Counted from the stretch's first letter, positions 34,458-45,541 are shown. The stretch is 64,000 nt of DNA from Rhynchopus sp. YZ270_cl-10 (GCA_964035575.1 OZ037833.1:1116001-1180000); one strand, 5' to 3'. The notes: a model not told the origin generated them from the letters alone. Made by a program: numbers and translations.

Positions 34458-35406
34458 AGTTAGACCCCCCGTGGTCCTGGCGGGCGCGTTTCTGCTCCGG
34501 ATGACCCCACCCGGTCGGAGCCGCCCTCTTCAACGTCTTGGCCTTTGCCTGCGCTGCCTCGATGGCCGCCTTGCGCGACGGGGTGGTCGAGTCCCCCAAT
34601 GTCGACCTCTGGCGGAAAGCCTTGGCGCTGTCCAAACCTTCTGTGAACCTAAAGTGGAAAAACAGAAGGTCGTCCAGGAGCATACCCAACAGGAACTCCA
34701 CAGCCTTACCCCTCATCGCGTTGTCCATGATGGCGATGGCCGCCAGGCCCGCATCCCTCGCGTCACCTTCCCTGGGCGCCACGTACCGAGTCTGGAGCAG
34801 GCGCAGAAGCTCCATCTGCTCCATCCTGTCCAGCAACCTCCACTTGCGGTGGTCGAGGAGGACGTCCTTAGCGGACGTCCCCTCAGGCGCCTCATCCACA
34901 TTGTCCCCAAAATCGACCGTGAAGTTCTCCTCCTGTTTTTCTGGTTCTACTACCTGCTGCATCTTCACCCTAGGCGCGAAAGAGAGGACCTGCATCTTCG
35001 TGTCCTCAGCCTTTTCGGCCTCCTCCTCGGTCTCGACCTCCGGCTTTGGGCTGGACACCCCCGGGGTCGACGGGAACTGATCCTGCCTCGCCTGCAGCAG
35101 CACCCCGAAGCCCTCGTCCCCCACAGACTTACGGATCAACGCGAGGAAAAGAGCCGTACGCCTCTCCTTCATGTCCGACCAGTCCGACACCTCCGATCTT
35201 GTCACCCGTGCGGCAAACACCTTCAGATCCGTCTGCGGCTCACCATCGACCTGCAGGGAGTCCACCGTGTCCTTCACAAACTCCCCCTTCAGGGACGTTT
35301 CCACCATCGCGGTCTTCACCACATCCGGCGCATCGTTCACCAAGTTGGTCACCGCCGCACTTGGCCGGTACGTGTACCACTTTGTAGACACCCATTCCTC
35401 AGACAT
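34363..35406 (-). CDS. gag-like ORF1 of the YR retrotransposon (347 aa)
   Basis: First ORF after the 5' repeat, ATG start, basic Gly-rich C-terminus. Assignment is positional; no zinc knuckle seen. Confidence 0.65.
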   Translation of the reverse strand: MSEEWVSTKWYTYRPSAAVTNLVNDAPDVVKTAMVETSLKGEFVKDTVDSLQVDGEPQTDLKVFAARVTRSEVSDWSDMKERRTALFLALIRKSVGDEGFGVLLQARQDQFPSTPGVSSPKPEVETEEEAEKAEDTKMQVLSFAPRVKMQQVVEPEKQEENFTVDFGDNVDEAPEGTSAKDVLLDHRKWRLLDRMEQMELLRLLQTRYVAPREGDARDAGLAAIAIMDNAMRGKAVEFLLGMLLDDLLFFHFRFTEGLDSAKAFRQRSTLGDSTTPSRKAAIEAAQAKAKTLKRAAPTGWGHPEQKRARQDHGGSNFDRTWSGNKGFRGHRWQPPLPQKGGKGKGSQ

Positions 35407-35674
35407 TTTTTATATCTTTAAAAACACGTACGGAGGGTGAGACCGGGGAAACACAAAAAATCCTGATGAGTGAGTGAATGATTTTTAATGAGTTTCCCCT
35501 GTTACCCTCTTCCAACCTTGCAGATGCAAGTGGACAATAAACATGCAGGACGCGAAGCCTAAAAATATATAATCGAGAGACCCCCAAGACGCAGCAGAGC
35601 TGCTTAAACAAGTTTACTAGGGAGGTGAGAGGGGGGTGAGAGGGGGGAGAGGGGGGTGAGAGGGGGGTGAGAGG

Positions 35675-37336
35675 GGGGTCTCTCGATATATATAAGAGCA
35701 AAAAGCAAAAAACGCAAATCCGAATAAAAAACCCTACCGCCCCAATCTTTTAATTTTTTGGCAAACACTATGCGAAGTTAACGTACGGAGGGTGAGACCG
35801 GGGAAACACAAAAAATCCTGATGAGTGAGTGAATGATTTTTAATGAGTTTCCCCTGTTACCCTCTTCCAACCTTGCAGATGCAAGTGGACAATAAACATG
35901 CAGGACGCGAAGCCTAAAAATATATAATCGAGAGACCCCCAAGACGCAGCAGAGCTGCTTAAACAAGTTTACTAGGGAGGGGGGAGAGGGGGGTGAGAGG
36001 GGGGAGAGGGGGGTGAGAGGGGGGTGAGAGGGGGGTGAGAGGGGGGTGAGAGGGGGGAGAGAGGGGGGTGAGAGGGGGGTGAGAGGGGGGTGAGAGGGGG
36101 GTGAGAGGGGGGTGAGAGGGGGGTGAGAGGGGGGTGAGAGGGGGGTGAGAGGGGGGTGAGAGGGGGGTGAGAGGGGGGTGAGAGGGGGGTGAGAGGGGGG
36201 GGGGTCTCTCGATATATATAAGAGCAACAAGCAAAAAACGCAAATCCGAATAAAAAACCCTACCGCCCCAATCTTTTAATTTTTTGGCAAACACTATGCG
36301 AAGTTAACGTACGGAGGGTGAGACCGGGGAAACACAAAAAATCCTGATGAGTGAGTGAATGATTTTTAATGAGTTTCCCCTGTTACCCTCTTCCAACCTT
36401 GCAGATGCAAGTGGACAATAAACATGCAGGACGCGAAGCCTAAAAATATATAATCGAGAGACCCCCAAGACGCAGCAGAGCTGCTTAAACAAGTTTACTA
36501 GGGATGAGAGGGGGGGGAGAGGGGGGTGAGAGGGGGGAGAGGGGGGTGAGAGGGGGGTGAGAGGGGGGTGAGAGGGGGGTGAGAGGGGGGTGAGAGGGGG
36601 GGGAGAGGGGGGTGAGAGGGGGGTGAGAGGGGGGTGAGAGGGGGGTGAGAGGGGGGTGAGAGGGGGGGGAGAGGGGGGTGAGAGGGGGGTGAGAGGGGGG
36701 TGAGAGGGGGGTGAGAGGGGGGTGAGAGGGGGGTGAGAGGGGGGTGAGAGGGGGGTGAGAGGGGGGTGAGAGGGGGGTGAGAGGGGGGTGAGAGGGGGGT
36801 GAGAGGGGGGTGAGAGGGGGGTGAGAGGGGGGTGAGAGGGGGGTGAGAGGGGGGTGAGAGGGGGGTGAGAGGGGGGTGAGAGGGGGGTGAGAGGGGGGTG
36901 AGAGGGGGGTGAGAGGGGGGTGAGAGGGGGGTGAGAGGGGGGTGAGAGGGGGGTGAGAGGGGGGTGAGAGGGGGGTGAGAGGGGGGTGAGAGGGGGGTGA
37001 GAGGGGGGTGAGAGGGGGGTGAGAGGGGGGTGGGGGTCTCTCGATATATATAAGAGCAAAAAGCAAAAAACGCAAATCCGAATAAAAAACCCTACCGCCC
37101 CAATCTTTTAATTTTTTGGCAAACACTATGCGAAGTTAACGTACGGAGGGTGAGACCGGGGAAACACAAAAAATCCTGATGAGTGAGTGAATGATTTTTA
37201 ATGAGTTTCCCCTGTTACCCTCTTCCAACCTTGCAGATGCAAGTGGACAATAAACATGCAGGACGCGAAGCCTAAAAATATATAATCGAGAGACCCCCAA
37301 GACGCAGCAGAGCTGCTTAAACAAGTTTACTAGGGA
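35675..37336 (-). mobile_element. Three further solo 304-bp terminal units (35675-35978, 36201-36504, 37033-37336)
   Basis: Near-identical units (one substitution seen in 36201-36504) separated by minisatellite tracts of different lengths. Confidence 0.9.
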
Positions 37337-37431
37337 AGAGGGGGGTGAGAGGGGGGTGAGAGGGGGGTGAGAGGGGGGTGAGAGGGGGGTGAGAGGGGGG
37401 TGAGAGGGGGGTGAGAGGGGGGTGAGAGGGG

Positions 37432-40362
37432 GGGGTCTCTCGATATATATAAGAGCAAAAAGCAAAAAACGCAAATCCGAATAAAAAACCCTACCGCCCC
37501 AATCTTTTAATTTTTTGGCAAACACTATGCGAAGTTAACGTACGGAGGGTGAGACCGGGGAAACACAAAAAATCCTGATGAGTGAGTGAATGATTTTTAA
37601 TGAGTTTCCCCTGTTACCCTCTTCCAACCTTGCAGATGCAAGTGGACAATAAACATGCAGGACGCGAAGCCTAAAAATATATAATCGAGAGACCCCCAAG
37701 ACGCAGCAGAGCTGCTTAAACAAGTTTACTAGGGAGGGGTCTCTCGATATATATAAGAGCAAAAAGCAAAAAACGCAAATCCGAATAAAAAACCCTACCG
37801 CCCCAATCTTTTAATTTTTTGGCAAACACTATGCGAAGTTAACGTACGGAGGGTGAGACCGGGGAAACACCTATCGCTCGTGTCCTGCCCGACTCAACTG
37901 TCCTTTTTCGCTGAAAAACCTCTCTCTGTCTCTAACACCCCCACTAGATTAACCCCAACCACTTTTGTACCCCACGCTTTCATCCTCGACCAGCAGTCAG
38001 CCGGCATGTCGTCGCCGCCCGGTATCCACTGCACCTCCAGGGTGGCGTTGCACTCCTTCAGCCTGGCCAACACCCTCCTCAAGGCCTGGTTGCCTCTCCT
38101 CGTCTTCGAGTGCCCTCTGGTCACCACATACTGTACTGACTCGTTATCCACCATAACCAGCAAGTCCCGACACCCCTGCAACAGCAAAGCCTCCACCGCC
38201 TTTTCCGCCGCCAACATCTCCAAGAAAAACATGTCACCAGAGCAACCTTCTATTTCCCACATGCCGTAGCGGGCCACGCCTCTCTTCTCCCCTTTCCTCT
38301 TTGTGATGTACCCCCATCCTGTGGTCGACGCGTCTGACCACGCCACACCTGACTTCTCGGCCGGCGGGGTGCGCTGTTGGTAGTGCCACCTGTTCGGTAC
38401 CATCTCGTTCACTATCAAACCCGACAGCTCACAGCGCGCCGATCCCGGCAGAGTGGTCTGCTCATCCCACGCGATCAAACCTTCCGAAACCCGCTTCTTT
38501 CCTAAAAATGGGGGCGCCAGCGGCACCACCCGCGAAAACCCCACCGGTTTGTTTATTCTCTGTGTTGTTTGCCCCACCGGCTGTTGTCTGTTTGTATTTT
38601 CTCTCACAAGCCCCACCGGCTGTTGTTTGTTCGTTTTTTCCTTCATTAGCCCCACCGGCTGTTGTCTGTTTGTATTTTCTCTCATAAGCCCCACCGGCTG
38701 TTGTCTGTTTGTTTTTTCGTGCACAAGCCCCACCGGCTGTTGTGTGTTTGTTTTTATCATCGATAGCCCCACCGGCTGTTGTTTGTTCGTTTTTTCCCTC
38801 ATTAGCCCCACCGGCTGTTGTCTGTTTGTATTTTCTCTCATAAGCCCCACCGGCTGTTGTCTGTTTGTTTTTTCGTGCACAAGCCCCACCGGCTGTTGTG
38901 TGTTTGTTTTTATCATCGATAGCCCCACCGGCTGTTGTTTGTTCGTTTTTTCCCTCATTAGCCCCACCGGCTGTTGTCTGTTTGTATTTTCTCTCATAAG
39001 CCCCACCGGCTGTTGTCTGTTTGTTTTTTCGTGCACAAGCCCCACCGGCTGTTGTGTGTTTGTTTTTATCATCGATAGCCCCACCGGCTTCTTTGTCATC
39101 CCTACTGGCTTCCTTTCCCTTTGCCTCCCTTCTGTGGCAGTGGTGGCTGCCACCTGTGTCCGCGAAAACCCTTGTTGCCAGACCAGGTCCTGTCAAAGTT
39201 AGACCCCCCGTGGTCCTGGCGGGCGCGTTTCTGCTCCGGATGACCCCACCCGGTCGGAGCCGCCCTCTTCAACGTCTTGGCCTTTGCCTGCGCTGCCTCG
39301 ATGGCCGCCTTGCGCGACGGGGTGGTCGAGTCCCCCAATGTCGACCTCTGGCGGAAAGCCTTGGCGCTGTCCAAACCTTCTGTGAACCTAAAGTGGAAAA
39401 ACAGAAGGTCGTCCAGGAGCATACCCAACAGGAACTCCACAGCCTTACCCCTCATCGCGTTGTCCATGATGGCGATGGCCGCCAGGCCCGCATCCCTCGC
39501 GTCACCTTCCCTGGGCGCCACGTACCGAGTCTGGAGCAGGCGCAGAAGCTCCATCTGCTCCATCCTGTCCAGCAACCTCCACTTGCGGTGGTCGAGGAGG
39601 ACGTCCTTAGCGGACGTCCCCTCAGGCGCCTCATCCACATTGTCCCCAAAATCGACCGTGAAGTTCTCCTCCTGTTTTTCTGGTTCTACTACCTGCTGCA
39701 TCTTCACCCTAGGCGCGAAAGAGAGGACCTGCATCTTCGTGTCCTCAGCCTTTTCGGCCTCCTCCTCGGTCTCGACCTCCGGCTTTGGGCTGGACACCCC
39801 CGGGGTCGACGGGAACTGATCCTGCCTCGCCTGCAGCAGCACCCCGAAGCCCTCGTCCCCCACAGACTTACGGATCAACGCGAGGAAAAGAGCCGTACGC
39901 CTCTCCTTCATGTCCGACCAGTCCGACACCTCCGATCTTGTCACCCGTGCGGCAAACACCTTCAGATCCGTCTGCGGCTCACCATCGACCTGCAGGGAGT
40001 CCACCGTGTCCTTCACAAACTCCCCCTTCAGGGACGTTTCCACCATCGCGGTCTTCACCACATCCGGCGCATCGTTCACCAAGTTGGTCACCGCCGCACT
40101 TGGCCGGTACGTGTACCACTTTGTAGACACCCATTCCTCAGACATTTTTTATATCTTTAAAAACACGTACGGAGGGTGAGACCGGGGAAACACAAAAAAT
40201 CCTGATGAGTGAGTGAATGATTTTTAATGAGTTTCCCCTGTTACCCTCTTCCAACCTTGCAGATGCAAGTGGACAATAAACATGCAGGACGCGAAGCCTA
40301 AAAATATATAATCGAGAGACCCCCAAGACGCAGCAGAGCTGCTTAAACAAGTTTACTAGGGA
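37432..40362 (-). mobile_element. Internally deleted copy of the YR retrotransposon (intact gag 39102-40145; YR core and RT lost)
   Basis: Matches 30615-35623 except that the equivalent of 31681-33760 is missing, with 2 extra nt at the junction (~38498). Confidence 0.92.
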
Positions 40363-41180
40363 AGAGGGGGGTGAGAGGGGGGTGAGAGGGGGGGGAGAGG
40401 GAGAGAGATTGAAAAAGGAAAGCTTTTTTTTTTTGGGAGCAAAACAATACAAAACAATGAGGGAATATGTGTGGGGAAAGAAAAAAAAAGCCTGTTTTTT
40501 TTCTTTTTTTTACGTTTACATTGCTATTTGTTTTGGAGCAATTTGTTATTTGTTTATTTGAAAACTTGGTTGTATTAGTGTAGCCACCCCAGGATGAACT
40601 TCACTATTTGTATCAACACTGTCGACAACGTTTTTTTTTTTTTGTCTCAGCAGCAGAGATGGAGATAGATTTGGGATTTTCAAAAAAGACCCGGTTTGAC
40701 CCGGTCTGAGCTTTTTGGGGTCAAAAAAATTTTTTCGCGCTGCGCGCGAAAATGACACTGGCACATTCGACCTGGTTGTTACACTTCTTTGGCGGGGAAC
40801 TTGCGCAACAGCGTTTGTGCCTTGATGAAAGGGAATGTTCCCCCTTTGTTCAGCACACCGAACTTCACGCACTCGGCGAAAGTGAATTTCTCGGCGGTCA
40901 TGGCTCCAAAGGTTCCTGGCGAAGCCACGGTACACAACATTTCAAAAAAAAATTGCGCTTAAAATTGTACATTTTGGGGTGGGTTGCAAGCTTGCGCCGC
41001 AGGCGCACGGTACGCTACTTTTATTATTTCGCCATGCTGCATGCTTCCTTTTCCTTCGGCGTTTGACTAATTGAGTCGCGTTCTGGCTGTGACGGGGTCA
41101 CTTTGTTCATGAGGCCATTTCTGGTCACTCTCAGAGGCTCGTGTGAGGTACCAAAAAAAATCGATTTTCTCCCAAAATTG

Positions 41181-41839
41181 TGGTGTGGCTGAAACCAGCA
41201 AATTTCACTGCTAAAGAACTGCTAACAAACTGCTAAATAATACCCTTTTTTTAGGGGTGGTGTATAAAAACATTTTTTTACCTTGGTTTTTCCACTCCCC
41301 CTGTTGGCGCGCCTCCACTCTTGCATACCCATGTGTGACCCCACCGTTGAACGCAATCGACTCGCTGAGTCAAAAGAACGCACAGAACGGGGCTGGAAAA
41401 AATCACGAAAAACGCGTACCGTGCGCCTGCGGCGCCCACAAAGTGAGTTTTCCCCCTGAGTATGCTGTGTATACTGTGTATACTGTGTATACTGTGTATA
41501 CTGTGTATACTGTGTATACTGTGTATACTGTGTATACTGTGTATACTGTGTATACTGTGTATACTGTGTATACTGTGTATACTGTGTATACTGTGTATAC
41601 TGCGGAAATTGACCAAAAACGAGAACTTGTCCATTTCGGCGAATTGACCCCACCACTGGCCGGACGGATTCCGGAAATGCAAATGCCGGCGTTTAAAAGC
41701 TCACCAACGAAAAAAAAAATTTTTTTTCCAACACCCGTGGGGAAAAAAAATTTTATACACCACCCCCCCAAAAATGCATGCTAACAAAGTGCTAACAAAC
41801 TGCTAAATAATACCCTTTTTTTTGGGTTCAGCCACACCA
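41181..41839. mobile_element. TGGTGTGGCTGA-TIR element nested in the hAT-like MITE
   Basis: TIR TGGTGTGGCTGAA/TTCAGCCACACCA, 5-bp TSD AATTG (41176-41180, 41840-41844). Contains an inner inverted pair GGGGTGGTGTATAAAA (41254) / TTTTATACACCACCCC (to ~41767). Confidence 0.7.
41464..41602. repeat. 9-bp tandem array (TATACTGTG)n
   Basis: Direct reading; the same unit occurs on the opposite strand at ~52080-52340. Confidence 0.97.
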
Positions 41840-42038
41840 AATTGGCAAATCCCATTTTTTTTTTTTTTTTTCAGACCGGGTTTTTCGCCAAAATCCCATT
41901 TTTTTTTTTTTTGACCCGGTTTTGAAACCGGGTAAGTAGACGCACCTCCACCCCTGCTCAGCAGACCCCAAAATATACGCCGCTAGTTTATTTTTTCGAT
42001 TCGATTATTGTACAGATTATCATTTTAAAAAAAAAACC

Positions 42039-42959
42039 TCAGTACCCTTCTGTACCGTGCATCTTTTGAATTACCTTCCGCAACATTGCGAGCCTCGATG
42101 GGGTTGCGCTCTGCACAGCACGCTTCTTGCCACGCGCCTTCACCAACACTGCCGGCACTCCTTGCAACGAAGGGGGTGCTATGCTACCACACTCTGCCCG
42201 ATCCCCCTTGGAGGTGCTGCTGTGCTCTATATATCTCTTCAACGATACGGCACGCTTGGGTACTGGCGATGCCATCGATGATACAGAAAGACCTCGCGCC
42301 CCCCCGTACACAGAGGCATCGTAGCTGGCCACATACCCCAACGCACTTTTCGCCAACCTGCGTCGCAGCTGTGGCGACACATGGCCGGTCTCTCGATCCA
42401 TATCCTCGAGTACCACCTCATAGTCCTCTGGGTTGCTCACCGCTGCCACCCGAGCAGTCTTCGCAGCACATCGTAGTAAGGAGGCCCCTCCTATGTCCAG
42501 CCCCGCCACGTCGCCTCCATGCGGCGCAAGGTTCGCCACTACCATATCAATCGGTGTGATGCCATGTGTCTCCAGGTCTCTGTGCTCCTCCTTTGTGGAC
42601 GCAAGAATCGCACCATGGACACATGGCTGAAGGGTCTTCAACCGTCCACCAAAGATACGTACCGCATCAGGTCGGGTAGACTCAATAACATCGGAGACAT
42701 CCTGCACAGGAAGGCCTGCTGCCTGCAGTAATGTGAACGTCCCTCCGCAAGACACAAAGCGCCATCCACGTGAGGCGAGAGAAGAGCAAAAAGACTGGAC
42801 ATTTGTCTTATCATAAACGGTGACGAAGGCGAGGGGGGCAGGGGAAGAAGTCGGAACAGAGGAGGCAGGTAGGCGTGGTGCAGGACTCAAGGCAGCTGCA
42901 GGACTCTGGCGCGGGCTTGCGGAAACGGTTCGTTTCCGGATTGCGCGTTTTTTCGCCAT
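42039..42959 (-). CDS. Stand-alone IMP-cyclohydrolase (MGS-like, PurH N-terminal) domain protein with basic low-complexity tails
   Basis: VYDKT...SCGGT...GGRLKTLQP...HGAILA...IDMVVANLAP...DIGGASLLRCAAK matches the PurH N-domain pattern; no AICAR transformylase domain follows. First ATG at 42959. Confidence 0.8.
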   Translation of the reverse strand: MAKKRAIRKRTVSASPRQSPAAALSPAPRLPASSVPTSSPAPLAFVTVYDKTNVQSFCSSLASRGWRFVSCGGTFTLLQAAGLPVQDVSDVIESTRPDAVRIFGGRLKTLQPCVHGAILASTKEEHRDLETHGITPIDMVVANLAPHGGDVAGLDIGGASLLRCAAKTARVAAVSNPEDYEVVLEDMDRETGHVSPQLRRRLAKSALGYVASYDASVYGGARGLSVSSMASPVPKRAVSLKRYIEHSSTSKGDRAECGSIAPPSLQGVPAVLVKARGKKRAVQSATPSRLAMLRKVIQKMHGTEGY

Positions 42960-43367
42960 ATTTTTCAAAAAAATATCAGAAAAATAAAGAAAAAATACAG
43001 GAAAGAAAGAAAAGGGTGGGGGGAGGTCTGATGGAATTATGTGTGGAAAGAGGGGAAAGGGAAAGGGAAACTAAGTTTTTAGATTAAAAAAAACGGCCAT
43101 TTCCTTCGTTTCGTTGGTGTGAAGAGAAGAAAGAAGGGGAGAAATGCAACCAAAAAAGCTGTTAAGATGAATCTAAAGCTTCGCAACTATTTGGTCACCT
43201 TTGCACAATACAAAAAAAGCGCCTCTGTAAACGCAGGCACTCAATAAACAGCATGGAAATGCATATCTTATCCTCTACCCCTTTTTTGCCCCTTTACTGA
43301 GAGAGCTCCCCTGCCGAAATCCCCTGACGACGTTTGTCTATCACTTACAACCCCCCTACAATCCGCC

Positions 43368-44135
43368 TCAATCCTCGCCAAGCAAAGCACTAAATTCAGA
43401 AAAATCCAGACTTGCAGCGCAATCCGAATCCATCTGCTTCACTAAACGGTCGATGTTGAGAGGGATGCCTAGCTCATATATAAGATTCTTCAGCTTTGCA
43501 ACGGAAATCCCTCCTGTACGGTTTGCATTGCCCCCAAGCGCAACAAAGGTTGACAGTGTAGTGTCGTCTGGAGACTCTTGCCGTACAAGACATTTTGTCA
43601 CAACCTGGAGCACACCAGGAAAGTCAAGATCTCCACACCCATCACCACTCCGGTCGGTGACCGCAAGAATGTCCTCTTCCGCAACCGAGGTAATACCCAG
43701 TTTCCGCAGTGCCACCCGCACCTCGCTCGCTTCAATGACACCACGCCCTTTGTCGATCATCTGAAAGGCTTTCAAAGCCTTAGCTCGCATCTCCTTTTCC
43801 GCCAACGCTGTAGAGTGGAAACCGGTCTTCCAGGCAGGGCCGTTTTGAGGTTTGCGGTTGCGGAAGAGGTTGCAGTCGTCTTCCTCGTCGTCGCCGTCGT
43901 GTGGTGTTTGGGTTGATGTGGCAGGGTCCAGCAGGTCTCGCCCAAAGAGGTTGCTGCCTGCAAGGAAGGACCCATCGGGTGACGGCGGCTTCTCTGTGGG
44001 GCCCGCATTGTATGCAGGGAGTGAGGCCAGCTCGAGCTGCTGCTCTCGTCGCAGGCCGGGGAGAAGGGTGCTGCTGTGCTCAAGAAAGCTTGTTTGAGGT
44101 GATGCAGTGCGGCGGCGGCTACGGTTGGCACGCAT
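43368..44135 (-). CDS. EF-hand protein resembling flagellar outer-arm dynein light chain LC4
   Basis: EF-hand-like DRSGDGCGDLDF and DSDCAASLDFSEF; DTTLSTFVALGGNANRTGGI is typical of LC4-like proteins. Probable ATG at 44135. Confidence 0.65.
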   Translation of the reverse strand: MRANRSRRRTASPQTSFLEHSSTLLPGLRREQQLELASLPAYNAGPTEKPPSPDGSFLAGSNLFGRDLLDPATSTQTPHDGDDEEDDCNLFRNRKPQNGPAWKTGFHSTALAEKEMRAKALKAFQMIDKGRGVIEASEVRVALRKLGITSVAEEDILAVTDRSGDGCGDLDFPGVLQVVTKCLVRQESPDDTTLSTFVALGGNANRTGGISVAKLKNLIYELGIPLNIDRLVKQMDSDCAASLDFSEFSALLGED

Positions 44136-44665
44136 TTGTAGGGGAGAGTGAGGGTGGAAGAGGAGAGGATAGGATAGGGCCGCCTGCGAGATACTAAGAG
44201 AGAAGACTTGGCAGAGGAAAGGTGTCTCTAAGCACGAAATGAGTTCAGTGGTTTTATTTTGTGGGTTCACTGTTGGAAATTCAAAACGACGGTGAAACCA
44301 CAAAAGTCATTTACTTCGCCATTGTATGTGCACACAAGTGAGGGAAGGGTTCATCACATTATAAAATGTCAAAAAAAATGTATTTCGGAGATGTTTATTT
44401 TGCACTATTCGAAAATTAAACGCTACAAAAAAAAAAAAAGCAAAAGTGAAAAGAAAATAGCTTCGCCCCCCTACCCCTAGAATAGAAAAGTGAGGGTGGG
44501 GTAGGGGAAAGAAAAGTTAGAAAAGAGACCACATTTTTTGTAAAAAAATGTTACAAGGGGGGTGGAGAAACCAAAAAAAAAAAGCCATATTTACGTGGGC
44601 GAGGCTAGAACACCACACTTTTGTTTTCTTTCCTAATATTCTTTAACAGCATGCTACGTACATCC

Positions 44666-45541
44666 TCACGCAATCCGCATCACTGGTCGGGTCCCCCCTG
44701 TTCTCCGCCACACGGGGTCCACTTCTGGCACTCCACTGCACTCTACTGTATGCAAACTCACTGACTGCGCAGGAACGTCTTCCTTCTGAAAGGTACAGGT
44801 CTCCTCCACAACGAGGGTCTTTATCAGCGGTGGCCCTTCCTCTTCCTCCTGGTCTTCCCCTTCTTCTTCTTCCTCCTCCTCCTCACTGCCACCATCACCA
44901 CCTTCCGGTCTGTCCAGCAACCTGCTCCTCGGGGGAAGCACAATAAGCGTCTCGGGGGCCCGCAGCTTCCGTTGCAACGCTGCAGACTGTGCACAGCGCA
45001 CTGCACGGTGCCACGCAACAGCTGCAGACAGCACTGTTATGGTGCACACAATGTCGTCCCCATCCCAGACAGCCGTCACAACCGGAGCAGAAGGGGTGGA
45101 CGAGACAGACGCCCTGGGGGTACTATTCGCGCTGTACACTACCTGGGAGTGGAGACTCACTGTTGACACTGAAACGGTAGTAACGGCGGAGGACACACGT
45201 TGTGCTTCGACCTCCAGCACCCCAAGCTGTGGTACCACCGACTCTGACAGCAATGCAAAGCAAGGCGTTTCGACACAGACGGCACTGCTCGCAAGCTGCA
45301 GACGGGTCAGCGAAGCGTCTCCCCCCTGCACAGCACTTCCAGCACCCATACCATTCGCACGCTGGGCACGCGCACCCCACGTCTCCAACGTCCACACACC
45401 CTCCCCCTTGGAAGGTAGTGGTGGTGGTGACGGCGATGCAGGCGGTGGTGTCTGCCTCTGTCTATGCTCTGTCCGTCCCCCCTGCGGAGGGCGGGGACGG
45501 AGGATAGGGGCGGGGGTGTGGGTAGGGGTGTGGGCGTTCAT
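44666..45541 (-). CDS. Hypothetical protein (Pro-rich N-terminus, acidic tract)
   Basis: GC-rich open frame on the same strand as neighbouring genes; no recognisable motif. Confidence 0.45.
   Translation of the reverse strand: MNAHTPTHTPAPILRPRPPQGGRTEHRQRQTPPPASPSPPPLPSKGEGVWTLETWGARAQRANGMGAGSAVQGGDASLTRLQLASSAVCVETPCFALLSESVVPQLGVLEVEAQRVSSAVTTVSVSTVSLHSQVVYSANSTPRASVSSTPSAPVVTAVWDGDDIVCTITVLSAAVAWHRAVRCAQSAALQRKLRAPETLIVLPPRSRLLDRPEGGDGGSEEEEEEEEGEDQEEEEGPPLIKTLVVEETCTFQKEDVPAQSVSLHTVECSGVPEVDPVWRRTGGTRPVMRIA

Larger units (their letters stand above)
30615..35623 (-). mobile_element. Intact tyrosine-recombinase (DIRS-order, VIPER/TATE-like) retrotransposon with split direct repeats
   Basis: Minus-strand order: A1 (35623-35426), gag-like, YR, RT/RNase H, B1 (31053-30919), then A2/B2 (30918-30615). 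A and B share a 28-bp segment (ACGTACGG...GAAACAC). No integrase and no TSD. Confidence 0.9.
30159..40407. repeat. 11-bp minisatellite (GAGAGGGGGGT)n split into seven tracts by retroelement insertions
   Basis: Tracts at ~30159-30215, 30520-30614, 35624-35674, 35979-36200, 36505-37032, 37337-37431 and 40363-~40407. Confidence 0.95.
40654..41956. mobile_element. hAT-like MITE with nested insertions
   Basis: 8-bp TSD CTCAGCAG (40646-40653, 41957-41964); ends CAGAGATGGAG / CTCCACCCCTG; subterminal GACCCGGT/ACCGGGT motifs. Confidence 0.8.

Noticed and set aside
30216..37336. 304-bp unit array as CRISPR or spliced-leader RNA gene array
   Set aside because: Spacers are one minisatellite, not unique sequences; no cas genes; no euglenozoan SL exon motif (CAGTTTCTGTAC); the units are retroelement termini.
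38490..38510. Deletion in the second element as a spliced-out intron
   Set aside because: Nearby GT and AG would give ...GGAGAG|GGGAAG, not the observed ...GGA-AA-GAAG.
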